Virus record (IMG/VR): IMGVR_UViG_3300046171_000055
Span: 1-61,102 of that record
Strand: one strand, 5' to 3'
Length of the DNA stretch: 61,102 bases
Origin: a virus
Lineage: Duplodnaviria > Caudoviricetes
Shown in pieces: positions 48,364 through 57,496 of this stretch (positions are counted from its first letter, which is position 1; each line of letters begins with the position of its first letter). The position numbers and the translations under genes were made by a program. Below the pieces are notes generated by a model. The model was not told where the DNA came from. It saw only the letters and a program-made list of their open reading frames with translations, and ran no database searches.

Positions 48364-49797
48364 TTACTCTTGGAACAAGAAGAAGTTATTAGCACCTAAA
48401 GTACATACTGCTCTTTCAGATAGGAAGTGAACCTCCATAGCATCTAAGCTAGAAGTTTCTGCTCCACCTGCAGAACCTGTAATCCAAGTTTTATATCTTC
48501 TATCTTCTGTTTCAGAAGCACGGTATCTAACGTGTAAGAAAGGTCTCTTAGCGTTTTTACCTAAGATTTGGTCATATACTGATGTAGAACCTGCAGGAAC
48601 TAAAAGTCCATTAACTCTACCTGACCCTGCACCTGTAGGTAATCCACCTCTCATTGTTGGGTCGTTTAGATATTTCCAATCAGACTTATAGAAGTCGTAA
48701 CCTCTTCTAAATCCTGTGAATCCTAAGTTCAATGCCATTTCTCTTTCATTGTCAAATAGACCATAAGAAACACCACCTGCAGCATTGCTAGATTGTTGAG
48801 CCAACATATCGTCAATGTCAAAAGAGAAATCTCTATCAACAAAAACTACGTTCTCTTCAATAGCACCTTGCTTGTCAAGTCTTGAAATAACTGTATCCCA
48901 CTCAGGAAGAGTAGTTGGATTTCCACCACCCCATACGTTACCTCTTTGCTCTACAACATAGAAGATACCTTCGGAACCTTTGTTACCAACTTGGTCATCA
49001 GTTACTTGTGTAGCAACACCACCTGCTGCTGCAGCCGGTACTGCTTCAATCATTGCAGTTTCCAAGTAATCATCGAATCTAAGTCTTGTTTCGTGCTCAG
49101 ACTTTAGATACCATAGGTATCCGTTTGCTCCGTTCTCAGTTGTAATTTCTACCCAACCGATTTGAGCCATATCTGAACCTGATACTGCGTACTTATCTTT
49201 AATGATAATTGGTGAATTTTCAAAGATAAAGTCATCTGCTTCCAAAGAATTTTTCATTCCTTCAGTTCCTTTTTTAAATTCAGAACCATAAATGAATACA
49301 GTAAACTTAGCACCTGCACCTGCAACAGGAATACCTGTATCAGGATAAGTTGCTACTTTGAAAGTTTTGTTAGCATAATCTACTTCTACTACAATACACT
49401 TTACTGAACCACCACCTGCATTATCAGATACCATTACAGTTTGTCCAACTCTAATTGCAATAGAATTAGATGCACCGAAAGCAGGGTTACCTGCATCGTT
49501 CACTGCAATTGTAAACTCAATGTCATTGATTAATGCTGCAGTAGAACAGTCTACATATTTAGTATGCAATCTTCCTTGTTCTGCCCATTTGATAAGGTCA
49601 GAGTTAGACGGCATTTCTGCTCCTACCATTCTTAAGAATGAGGAGATTGTTCTGTTTCCATATCTTTCAAATTCCTTCTCATAAGTATCAGGAAGATACT
49701 GATTAAGAAAGTCAAAGTTAGATATGTAGTTCGACTTCAACGGCACTCTTTGTGCACTTGGTTGTAAGTCAAATCCGGGTACGTTTTGTACACTCAT
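48364..49797 (-). CDS. Major capsid protein
   Basis: 477 aa after portal and scaffold, followed by a strong terminator; QYLPDTYEKEFERYGNR and KWAEQGRLH motifs. Confidence 0.82.
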   Translation of the reverse strand: MSVQNVPGFDLQPSAQRVPLKSNYISNFDFLNQYLPDTYEKEFERYGNRTISSFLRMVGAEMPSNSDLIKWAEQGRLHTKYVDCSTAALINDIEFTIAVNDAGNPAFGASNSIAIRVGQTVMVSDNAGGGSVKCIVVEVDYANKTFKVATYPDTGIPVAGAGAKFTVFIYGSEFKKGTEGMKNSLEADDFIFENSPIIIKDKYAVSGSDMAQIGWVEITTENGANGYLWYLKSEHETRLRFDDYLETAMIEAVPAAAAGGVATQVTDDQVGNKGSEGIFYVVEQRGNVWGGGNPTTLPEWDTVISRLDKQGAIEENVVFVDRDFSFDIDDMLAQQSSNAAGGVSYGLFDNEREMALNLGFTGFRRGYDFYKSDWKYLNDPTMRGGLPTGAGSGRVNGLLVPAGSTSVYDQILGKNAKRPFLHVRYRASETEDRRYKTWITGSAGGAETSSLDAMEVHFLSERAVCTLGANNFFLFQE

Positions 49798-49825
49798 AAT
49801 AATTTACTTTTTAATAGTTTAACAT

Positions 49826-50965
49826 TTATTTATTTTTACTCCTAATCTTTAAACCTCGACCTGAGTCAGGACTTAAAGACTTTATCTGCAACCCACTGTT
49901 TGACTTAGTAACTTCAGGAGCATTCCTAGTTGACATATTTACATTTTTCAACTTTTTCATAGTTTCATCTGCTGATGCAGATTTCCCTTGCTCATAAAAA
50001 AACTTCGCAAACTTATTAGGATGCATCGCCATCGCTAGTGACCTGTGGTATCCTGCTGCATCGCTTATTAAACCATCATCATCCAAAAACTTATTAATAA
50101 AGTTTTGTGGACTTAGTTGAGACTTTTTAAGTTCTGCTGCATCCCCCGGTGAAAAATAAACTTTGTTGTCTTCTAACGTAAACTCAAAACCTTTGAACTC
50201 ACTAAACACATCGTCAGTTTTCTTTTGGAACATCTCGCCCTTACGAGCATTCTGTTCATTAACTGTCTTCGCTTCAGCTATATATTGTCTATAAGCTTGA
50301 TATTCTTCCTCATCTTCTCTAGGAGAAGAATCCCTACTCGACTCAAGAGGGACACTATATTTCTCCTTTTGTTCAGTGAAATAGTCTCTTGCTTTAGCAA
50401 TAGTCTTTTTCTTTTTTAACTTAAGTTTCTTAACTTGCTTCTCATCATCAACATCTTCATCATAAGCAAACTCATCCATTAAGTCTTCAATATCCTCTGC
50501 ATCTAAACCTTTTTCAGTTGCAGTAAGATATTCTTTTAAAAGTTGGTCGGAATCCATTTCATCGTAATCCTTATTAAGCTTTACGAAATCATCGAAACCT
50601 CGACCTGTTTCTTTTTTAAACTGTAGATACTTTGAAACATCTTCAGGTAGAGGATTTTCCTCTCTCTGTTCTGTCAGTTCATCAAGAGATTTAATCTCTT
50701 TTCCGTATCTATTACCAATAAATTTAAGAACATCTTCCTCTTTTAACTCAGAGGATGTAGTTTTAATTTCTTCTTTAACCTTTTGCTCTTCAGCTTTTGG
50801 TTCTTCTTTTATAGTTGTCTCCTCTTGTACTTGTACTTTTGGAGTATCTTTTTGTTCGGACTCAGTGCCCTCAAGCTTTTGCTCGTGCTTGTCAAGCAAA
50901 TCTTGTTCTACTTGTTGCACAGACTTTTCTTCAGTCGCACCAACTGCTCTTACTTTTATTTCCAT
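49826..50965 (-). CDS. Capsid scaffolding protein (putative)
   Basis: Acidic and helical, between portal and MCP; TAACTTTG box at 50989-50996. Confidence 0.7.
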   Translation of the reverse strand: MEIKVRAVGATEEKSVQQVEQDLLDKHEQKLEGTESEQKDTPKVQVQEETTIKEEPKAEEQKVKEEIKTTSSELKEEDVLKFIGNRYGKEIKSLDELTEQREENPLPEDVSKYLQFKKETGRGFDDFVKLNKDYDEMDSDQLLKEYLTATEKGLDAEDIEDLMDEFAYDEDVDDEKQVKKLKLKKKKTIAKARDYFTEQKEKYSVPLESSRDSSPREDEEEYQAYRQYIAEAKTVNEQNARKGEMFQKKTDDVFSEFKGFEFTLEDNKVYFSPGDAAELKKSQLSPQNFINKFLDDDGLISDAAGYHRSLAMAMHPNKFAKFFYEQGKSASADETMKKLKNVNMSTRNAPEVTKSNSGLQIKSLSPDSGRGLKIRSKNK

Positions 50966-51024
50966 ATTATATTAGATTTAATTATATACAAAGTTACACA
51001 AAAATTATTAGTCTTTTAGACCAT

Positions 51025-53460
51025 TTATCTAGGTTCAAATTCTGCCAAATCAAAACCATCTAAACTATCTTCGTTTGACTCAAAATTTATTGGTGGCAAA
51101 TTATTCTTTCTCTGATTAATCATTTTTGATTGCTCAGAGTTAGCTTGACTAATTCTTTTTGACTTAGCATCTTCTTTCATAGTCTCTCTAGAACCAAGTG
51201 CTTCGGCATCAGCTTGTCTTAATTGCATATTCAAATCAAACTCTTGTTGCATTAGTCTAGATTTCAATTCAGCTTCAGCTTTTAATTTTTCTATTTCAAA
51301 AGCTATGTCTGCTTGTCGATATTGCATCTTAGCTTGAGTTTCCATTTGAACTTTTTGCATTGCAGTTTGAGCAGCCATCTCCTGAGATTTCAATTGTTGT
51401 TGAGATTGCATAGCTTGTTGTTGCATTGCCATCTTCTCTTCTCTTTCTTGTTTAGCAACTCTTTTCATTTTTAAAAGTTGATTAGCAAGTTTTAGATTTT
51501 TAATCTCACGAATATCAATTGCATCTTCTAAGTTTATATCGTTCTTAGATAATGCCATTTGAACATTAGCTTCTAGTTGTGCTTTTTGCTCCTCATCAGG
51601 AGATAGTTCAATAAAAATACCAAAGTCATAAATATATAAATCACTTATATCCTCTAGAATAGCTACATTGTATTTACCAATTTGATTTATAAACTCTTCT
51701 TTAAAGTCTGAATATTCTAATATATCTCCAACTCTATAAGTTATAGCTTCAGCTAAAGTTCTGTATATGTATAAACTACCATCAAGTATATGTCTAGTTG
51801 CTACATTAGAATTTAAAGCTGCTAATTTTTGTAGACCCACTAATGAATTAGGGTCAGGTGAACTACCATCTCTAGCCTCATTTAAACCTGTAACAGTTCT
51901 AATTTGGTTTAAGTAATGATTGTAGTTACCAATTAGCATTTGTGTTTTAGAAGCACCTGAGTTAGAGGTTAATTCTTTTATAGGCATCTTACCTTGATTG
52001 TAATCGCCTTCTTGAGTATAGCTTCTACCTATAACAGAACCTGTTTGAAAATATAATCTCAAAGCATCTTCAGGGTTATAAGCATTACCCGTACCGATAT
52101 CCACTTCATTTAATCCATCAGCATCAATAAAGACACCATCAGGTACAACTCTTGATATTACTTGTTGTAATTTTAAATGTGTTATTTGTATTAGGTCTGC
52201 GAATGGAATCATTCTTCTAACCAAAGATTCAATTACACCTTTATACATTCTAGGTGCAACTGCTACATAATTTGGCATAGCGTGTTGTGTAGCTGATTGT
52301 GGTCTTACCATATTCTCCATAAGCTTCCACTGAAGCATTATGTTAGTACCCATAACCATTACACCCTCATACCATACATCAATTGTTTTTTGAACTTTTT
52401 CAAAGTTACCCTCTTCTTGCATCTCTTGAGGTGGATTGAATGTATCATCTTTTTCAATCATACTTACATTCCCATTATCTTTTACTTTTCTTTTATAAGT
52501 TACTTTTTTAGTAGTCTTATAATTAAAGTACATTAATGTAGCAGTGTCTTTATAAAAGATGTCGTTCTCATAAAACTGAGCAACATTAAAATAATTAAAC
52601 CAACTTTGAGAGTATTGAGATATTTCTTCTAAATCTGAATTAGTTAAAGTAGGGTCAATTTTTACTAGTTCTGTTATCGGAACAGTTTTAATTTCACCCC
52701 AATAAAAACAATCTTTAAAATGTGGGTCTTCTGTATAGCTATAAACAATATTGGCAGGGTCAACATATTTTATGTTTACACCATCTCCGGGTTGAAACTC
52801 GTGTTTAGCACAAGCAATACCTAAAACAGTCATATCATAATCTAACTGTTTTCTTATATCAACATATTTGTTGGTTTCAAATAAAGTATTAATAGCTTCT
52901 TCTTCTGCAATTTCAATAGCAGGTTTATAGTTTAGTTGCATATACAACTTTAGTTCTTCATCAGTAGTCGGTAAATCATCGGGACTTACAGTGAAAGGAT
53001 TAACTCCTGTCTTCTCTTGTATAGTTTCTAGCATTGGTTTAGCAACCATCTGCCCTTCAATCATTTGTTGATACTTACTTCTTTTAGATTGAGACATAGC
53101 ATCTTGAGCATAAGCTAATACCTTAAACTCTCTGTCTTGCATACCGTTGACTACGATGTCAACAAATTTTGGTAGGATAGGTACAGGGGTCCAATCTAAA
53201 TTTAGATAAGACAAATCTCCGTCTATAGCTAATTCATTTTTATACTTACCCGTTCCTTGCTCTCCTCTTGCGTATAATTTAAGTCTATGAAAGTCTCTCC
53301 ATTGACTATAGTATCTGCAACTATTTCCATCTTTTTTGAACCACTCATATTGAATAGCTTGACCAATTTCTAAACCAAACTCGTCAGTAGCTTTTTCAGC
53401 ATCTGATACAAATTGACTAGGAAACCCTGCAGATGATATGTTTATATTTACTTTTTTCAT
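51025..53460 (-). CDS. Portal protein
   Basis: 811 aa directly after terminase; PVPILPKFVDIVVNG, TGLNEARDG, Q-rich C-terminal barrel as in podoviral portals. Confidence 0.85.
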   Translation of the reverse strand: MKKVNINISSAGFPSQFVSDAEKATDEFGLEIGQAIQYEWFKKDGNSCRYYSQWRDFHRLKLYARGEQGTGKYKNELAIDGDLSYLNLDWTPVPILPKFVDIVVNGMQDREFKVLAYAQDAMSQSKRSKYQQMIEGQMVAKPMLETIQEKTGVNPFTVSPDDLPTTDEELKLYMQLNYKPAIEIAEEEAINTLFETNKYVDIRKQLDYDMTVLGIACAKHEFQPGDGVNIKYVDPANIVYSYTEDPHFKDCFYWGEIKTVPITELVKIDPTLTNSDLEEISQYSQSWFNYFNVAQFYENDIFYKDTATLMYFNYKTTKKVTYKRKVKDNGNVSMIEKDDTFNPPQEMQEEGNFEKVQKTIDVWYEGVMVMGTNIMLQWKLMENMVRPQSATQHAMPNYVAVAPRMYKGVIESLVRRMIPFADLIQITHLKLQQVISRVVPDGVFIDADGLNEVDIGTGNAYNPEDALRLYFQTGSVIGRSYTQEGDYNQGKMPIKELTSNSGASKTQMLIGNYNHYLNQIRTVTGLNEARDGSSPDPNSLVGLQKLAALNSNVATRHILDGSLYIYRTLAEAITYRVGDILEYSDFKEEFINQIGKYNVAILEDISDLYIYDFGIFIELSPDEEQKAQLEANVQMALSKNDINLEDAIDIREIKNLKLANQLLKMKRVAKQEREEKMAMQQQAMQSQQQLKSQEMAAQTAMQKVQMETQAKMQYRQADIAFEIEKLKAEAELKSRLMQQEFDLNMQLRQADAEALGSRETMKEDAKSKRISQANSEQSKMINQRKNNLPPINFESNEDSLDGFDLAEFEPR

Positions 53461-55685
53461 CTAATTATTTCACTATATTTGCCCTTGTTACTATACCTTG
53501 CAAAGTTAACTTTTATTTTTGAAAGTTTTTGTTCAGGTAAATAAAGGTGTTTTTGTGTAGCCATTATAGCTAAACCCGAACTTATAGAAGCATCAAACTT
53601 AGTTCTGTTACTAATATCAAACTTTGCCCAATCTTCTAAAGTTCTTGTAAACACCATATCTCCCATCTCCATATTGTCCTTCATTCCTATATGATTTTCA
53701 ATATAAGATTCAATAGCAGAAGCGTGTGCTTGTTTAACATCTTCACTTGAATTAGGTATACCACCTAACTCTTTTTCAGTCTTAGAAAGTTTAGTATAAA
53801 TCTTATCAGGTCTATTCATACAAAAACCTCTATATCCTCTGTTTTTAAAATGGTATAATAATCTAGGTTTGTTATTCTCTATTAATATTGGCATACCATA
53901 AAACACACAAGCCATAAGAACATCTTCAAAAAATAACTCAGCAGTTTGTGGTCTTGCTATATACTCTAAAAAAAATTCATTACTTGGTGCTTCATCCATA
54001 TTAAATTTTGTCTTTCCGTGTAATGCACCATTAGAACCTCCACCTCCAACTACACCTGATATATCATAACTGTCACATCCGAATGCACCTATATGCTCAT
54101 TACCCGGATGTTTGATTCCTCTTTTAATAGTTATTTTATTTTGCAATTGTTTGGCAGGTGTCCAAGACACTAAAAACCTTCCTCTATTATTTGGAGAAAA
54201 AATTACTTCACTATCTTTTATTCCATTCTTCCAACTTAATGAACCTCTTGTAACGTGATGGTCCATAATAATAGAATCATTATAATCTATTTGTTGATAT
54301 ATTCTAGTTAGATTAAATAATGACTGTTTACTTTCATCTCTAAATGCGTGTGATTCAGTTCTTGGAAACTGTCGGTAAAATTCATTTAATGCATCAGCAT
54401 CATTCTTTAAAGACTCAACTTCATTTTTCCAATAGTTTACTGCACCTTGATAAATTATTTCATTATCAATACCTATCATTTCTTTTTCAGGATTTTCTAA
54501 AACCGGCATACCATATCTATCAATAAACCCTTCCATATTCCATTCCATAGGAATAAACAAACTATATAATCCACTTTTAGTTTGACCGTTTGCATTTCGT
54601 TTTGTTACATCTGAATCAGTATATAAATTTTTAAAATTACCACCACCTTTTTCTAATGCATTAGATGTGGAACCCATCATACATTTACCTATAATTTTAC
54701 TACCAAGTCTTAAACAAGTTTTAGTTACTCTCCAATTGTTTAAGATATTATTTGGCTTAATCCATTTACCACTCTCATCGTGTACTAACAATAAAAGTTT
54801 TTCCCCGTCATAAGAGTTGTCATCTGTGTTCTTCCAATCAATCGTAGTATCTAATCCATACAACTCATCATCAGTTGTATCATACATATTTTTTTTAGTA
54901 ATCTTGGCAGCCGGAATCCTAAAAGCTAATTCTGTTTTAGGTTTATCCATACCATCCATAATAGGTTTGAAAAAGAATGGCAATCTACTATTGATTGGAA
55001 CAACCTTATCAGTAAACATTTTTTTAGCATCTGAACCTGTTTTGGATAGTATGCCAACTCTAGAATCTTTAGCTAAAGTTCCTGTGTTTACGCACTCAGA
55101 AGATGACATAAAAGAAAAACCTGAACGTCTTATCTTTAGATAAATCATTCCAAAACTTCTTGTGTCAGCTTTACAAGCTTCCCAATATAAAAACAGTATT
55201 CTGTTTGCTTCTCTAAAATCAGGATATCCAATGTCAATACTTGTCCATTGTAGATACATATAGTGTGCTCCTGTTATATAAGTAGGAATACCGTTGGACA
55301 TAAACCATAACCCTTGTTCCCTTCTATCAAACTCTTCTTCAATATAATCTACCCACCTGTTCTTAAATTCAGAAGTCATTTCATTCCATTGAAATATAGA
55401 TTGAATTTTTGATAACGCTTTAGGTAACTCCTCACGTTCCCAATATTGTTCTTCTTTTTTTGAGTGTCTTTGAAGACACTTTTTAGGCTCAAGTGGTAAG
55501 GCAATTCTTAATCCACTAATATTAATTATATTACCTATCTGACCGTTCTTAGATATTACAACAAAGTTATACTTTGAATCATAGCCGTATTTCCACGTTT
55601 TAGCCTTGTTTTTAGACGTTAAAACATTTTTTGGTACTACACCTTCAATTACCGTATATAAGTTATTTAGACCTTCGTTCTGCAA
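53457..55685 (-). CDS. terL: Terminase large subunit
   Basis: LKIRRSGFS Walker A, LLVHDESGK Walker B, GSTSN, GCDSYD nuclease motif, IENN. Confidence 0.9.
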   Translation of the reverse strand: MQNEGLNNLYTVIEGVVPKNVLTSKNKAKTWKYGYDSKYNFVVISKNGQIGNIINISGLRIALPLEPKKCLQRHSKKEEQYWEREELPKALSKIQSIFQWNEMTSEFKNRWVDYIEEEFDRREQGLWFMSNGIPTYITGAHYMYLQWTSIDIGYPDFREANRILFLYWEACKADTRSFGMIYLKIRRSGFSFMSSSECVNTGTLAKDSRVGILSKTGSDAKKMFTDKVVPINSRLPFFFKPIMDGMDKPKTELAFRIPAAKITKKNMYDTTDDELYGLDTTIDWKNTDDNSYDGEKLLLLVHDESGKWIKPNNILNNWRVTKTCLRLGSKIIGKCMMGSTSNALEKGGGNFKNLYTDSDVTKRNANGQTKSGLYSLFIPMEWNMEGFIDRYGMPVLENPEKEMIGIDNEIIYQGAVNYWKNEVESLKNDADALNEFYRQFPRTESHAFRDESKQSLFNLTRIYQQIDYNDSIIMDHHVTRGSLSWKNGIKDSEVIFSPNNRGRFLVSWTPAKQLQNKITIKRGIKHPGNEHIGAFGCDSYDISGVVGGGGSNGALHGKTKFNMDEAPSNEFFLEYIARPQTAELFFEDVLMACVFYGMPILIENNKPRLLYHFKNRGYRGFCMNRPDKIYTKLSKTEKELGGIPNSSEDVKQAHASAIESYIENHIGMKDNMEMGDMVFTRTLEDWAKFDISNRTKFDASISSGLAIMATQKHLYLPEQKLSKIKVNFARYSNKGKYSEIIR
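55464..55479. repeat. 16-bp palindrome copy 13 (TG centre)
   Basis: Exact match in the terL N-terminal region (CLQRH frame). Confidence 0.95.
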
Positions 55686-55944
55686 ATCCTTGTTTAGTAT
55701 CAGTTTTGTTTACTCCTTTTTCTAAAGAATCAATAGCCTCTTTCTCAGCTTCAATTCTATTTAATATTTCAAACGCATCAAAGATTGCTAACTTCTTTGT
55801 AGCTGCTGCATTCTTTAATCTATCGGCAGATAAATCATCTTCCGGGTCGTGCTTAATAATCGCTTCCTTTGCCACCTTTATCAGTTGTTCCACTGCTCTG
55901 TGACCTGCTTCTATTATCTTTAATTTTATTTCTTTTGATTTCAT
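55663..55944 (-). CDS. Terminase small subunit (putative)
   Basis: Helical ~93-aa protein overlapping the terL start; start reassigned to MKSKEIK. Confidence 0.55.
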   Translation of the reverse strand: MKSKEIKLKIIEAGHRAVEQLIKVAKEAIIKHDPEDDLSADRLKNAAATKKLAIFDAFEILNRIEAEKEAIDSLEKGVNKTDTKQGFAERRSK

Positions 55945-56030
55945 TTTTAATTCTTTTTGATTTTCTAACAGGAATAGGTGAACCATCGTGCTCATTCCAT
56001 TCATCATTGAAATACATCCAATCCCATTCT

Positions 56031-56507
56031 CTACTCATTATTTAACTTTTTTAAAAAACAAACTTGTATTAATCTAGCTTTTATTTCGTGTCCAAAGTTT
56101 TCGTAAATATTTCGAGAATGATATAAGTGAGATGGAAAAACAACCAACCTATTATATCTCGACCTTAATATACACATTTTTTCTCCTTTGTAATACAAGG
56201 TAGTTCCTGCTTTTTCAGGATGCTCTTTATTTAAATAAAGTATAGCAGTAAGGTCCCCCATCATTTCATCAGTATGAATCCAATTAGGTTCTTCTTGATT
56301 AAGTGGTGAACGTCTTACAAAATTCAAAGCTGCAGAGTACATTGGGTAATGCTTATGCAAAAACATAACCAACTTATCTACACTTCTACTCATTACACTT
56401 TTAAATAAATCTTCCCCTATTTGCACATCCTCAAAACCTATTTGATGTATTTCTTCTACATAAGAATCTACATCTTTTATAACGTCATTGTATATAGAAA
56501 TATTCAT
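56031..56507 (-). CDS. 2OG-Fe(II) oxygenase
   Basis: HTD (HxD), AILYLN, GTTLY, NRLVVFPSHLYHSR, distal Arg. Confidence 0.85.
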   Translation of the reverse strand: MNISIYNDVIKDVDSYVEEIHQIGFEDVQIGEDLFKSVMSRSVDKLVMFLHKHYPMYSAALNFVRRSPLNQEEPNWIHTDEMMGDLTAILYLNKEHPEKAGTTLYYKGEKMCILRSRYNRLVVFPSHLYHSRNIYENFGHEIKARLIQVCFLKKLNNE

Positions 56508-57067
56508 AGTACCATAGTTATTTGATGGTCAAACATTCTATACATCTTACTATCATCTACAGTAAACTCATATTCACTGTTGGGTTTGTAACACACTTTA
56601 TCTCCTCTTGTAACCCCTTTTGATTTTAAATATTCATTTGGATATTCCATAATACCTACTAAAGGTTCTTCACTAAGTGGTTTGTAAATATAAGAATCTT
56701 CTACAGGTGCAGGTTTTACAAAACAAAATCTTCCATATGAATGCCATTCATCATTTCTTTTATACATATAATATTGGTCTTCCTCTACAAAAAATAAATC
56801 ATCTTTAAAATAACTCTTACCACTTCTTTGCATTCCCTTCATATCATTATAATATTTAAAAACATTATGATGTACTAACAAAATATCTCCCACCTGTATT
56901 GGACCTTTATATCCTAGGGGGAGTTCTATTACAATAGCTTCTCTATTTGAGAATCTAAAATCTTCCTGTGATGTGCTTATGATTATATCTAATCCGGAAA
57001 TTTTTTTTGTATTGTTGTATCGTTTACCTTTTAAAGGTTTTACAATAAAAGAAAAAGGTGATTTCAT
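56504..57067 (-). CDS. Tandem GroES-like fold protein (putative)
   Basis: Two repeats of a FxVKP...GxV...xxGDxV pattern typical of GroES folds. Confidence 0.5.
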   Translation of the reverse strand: MKSPFSFIVKPLKGKRYNNTKKISGLDIIISTSQEDFRFSNREAIVIELPLGYKGPIQVGDILLVHHNVFKYYNDMKGMQRSGKSYFKDDLFFVEEDQYYMYKRNDEWHSYGRFCFVKPAPVEDSYIYKPLSEEPLVGIMEYPNEYLKSKGVTRGDKVCYKPNSEYEFTVDDSKMYRMFDHQITMVL

Positions 57068-57075
57068 AATTTAAT

Positions 57076-57261
57076 TTATGAGCCACAACCAATACAATCT
57101 ATATGAGAATCGGTTGGTTTGACTCCATTTAATTTCATTTCAATATTGTGAGCAGCATCCCTTAGTTCAAGACTTTTTTCCCAAGACAAACTTTCGTCTT
57201 GCAGTTCTTTATTTATAAGTGCCAACTCAGAAGTTAACTCTGCTCTTTCTTGAATACTCAT
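57076..57261 (-). CDS. Small protein with C-terminal CxxC
   Basis: Ends DCIGCGS. Confidence 0.6.
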   Translation of the reverse strand: MSIQERAELTSELALINKELQDESLSWEKSLELRDAAHNIEMKLNGVKPTDSHIDCIGCGS

Positions 57262-57268
57262 TTCTTTT

Positions 57269-57496
57269 CTATAGAAAATTTATGTTATACTCAATTGATA
57301 CGGGCATAGAAGATGTAAACTCTTTCCAAACCATTATCTCATCTTCACTAATAATATATATTAATATAGAATCTTTTTCTTCTATATACTTAATAAGATG
57401 TATATGATAGTTACCATTAAGAACGGGTTGACCTACAATATAATGCATTGCACCTGATTTGTAATCAGGACCTATTGAAATCTTTCTAATATCCAT
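57269..57496 (-). CDS. Hypothetical protein
   Basis: IRKISIGPDYKSGAMHY...; 75 aa. Confidence 0.65.
   Translation of the reverse strand: MDIRKISIGPDYKSGAMHYIVGQPVLNGNYHIHLIKYIEEKDSILIYIISEDEIMVWKEFTSSMPVSIEYNINFL

Noticed and set aside
54138-54150. GTGTCCAAGACAC and other partial matches to the palindrome (e.g. near 43445)
   Set aside because: Wrong spacing or only one arm; expected by chance, so not counted.
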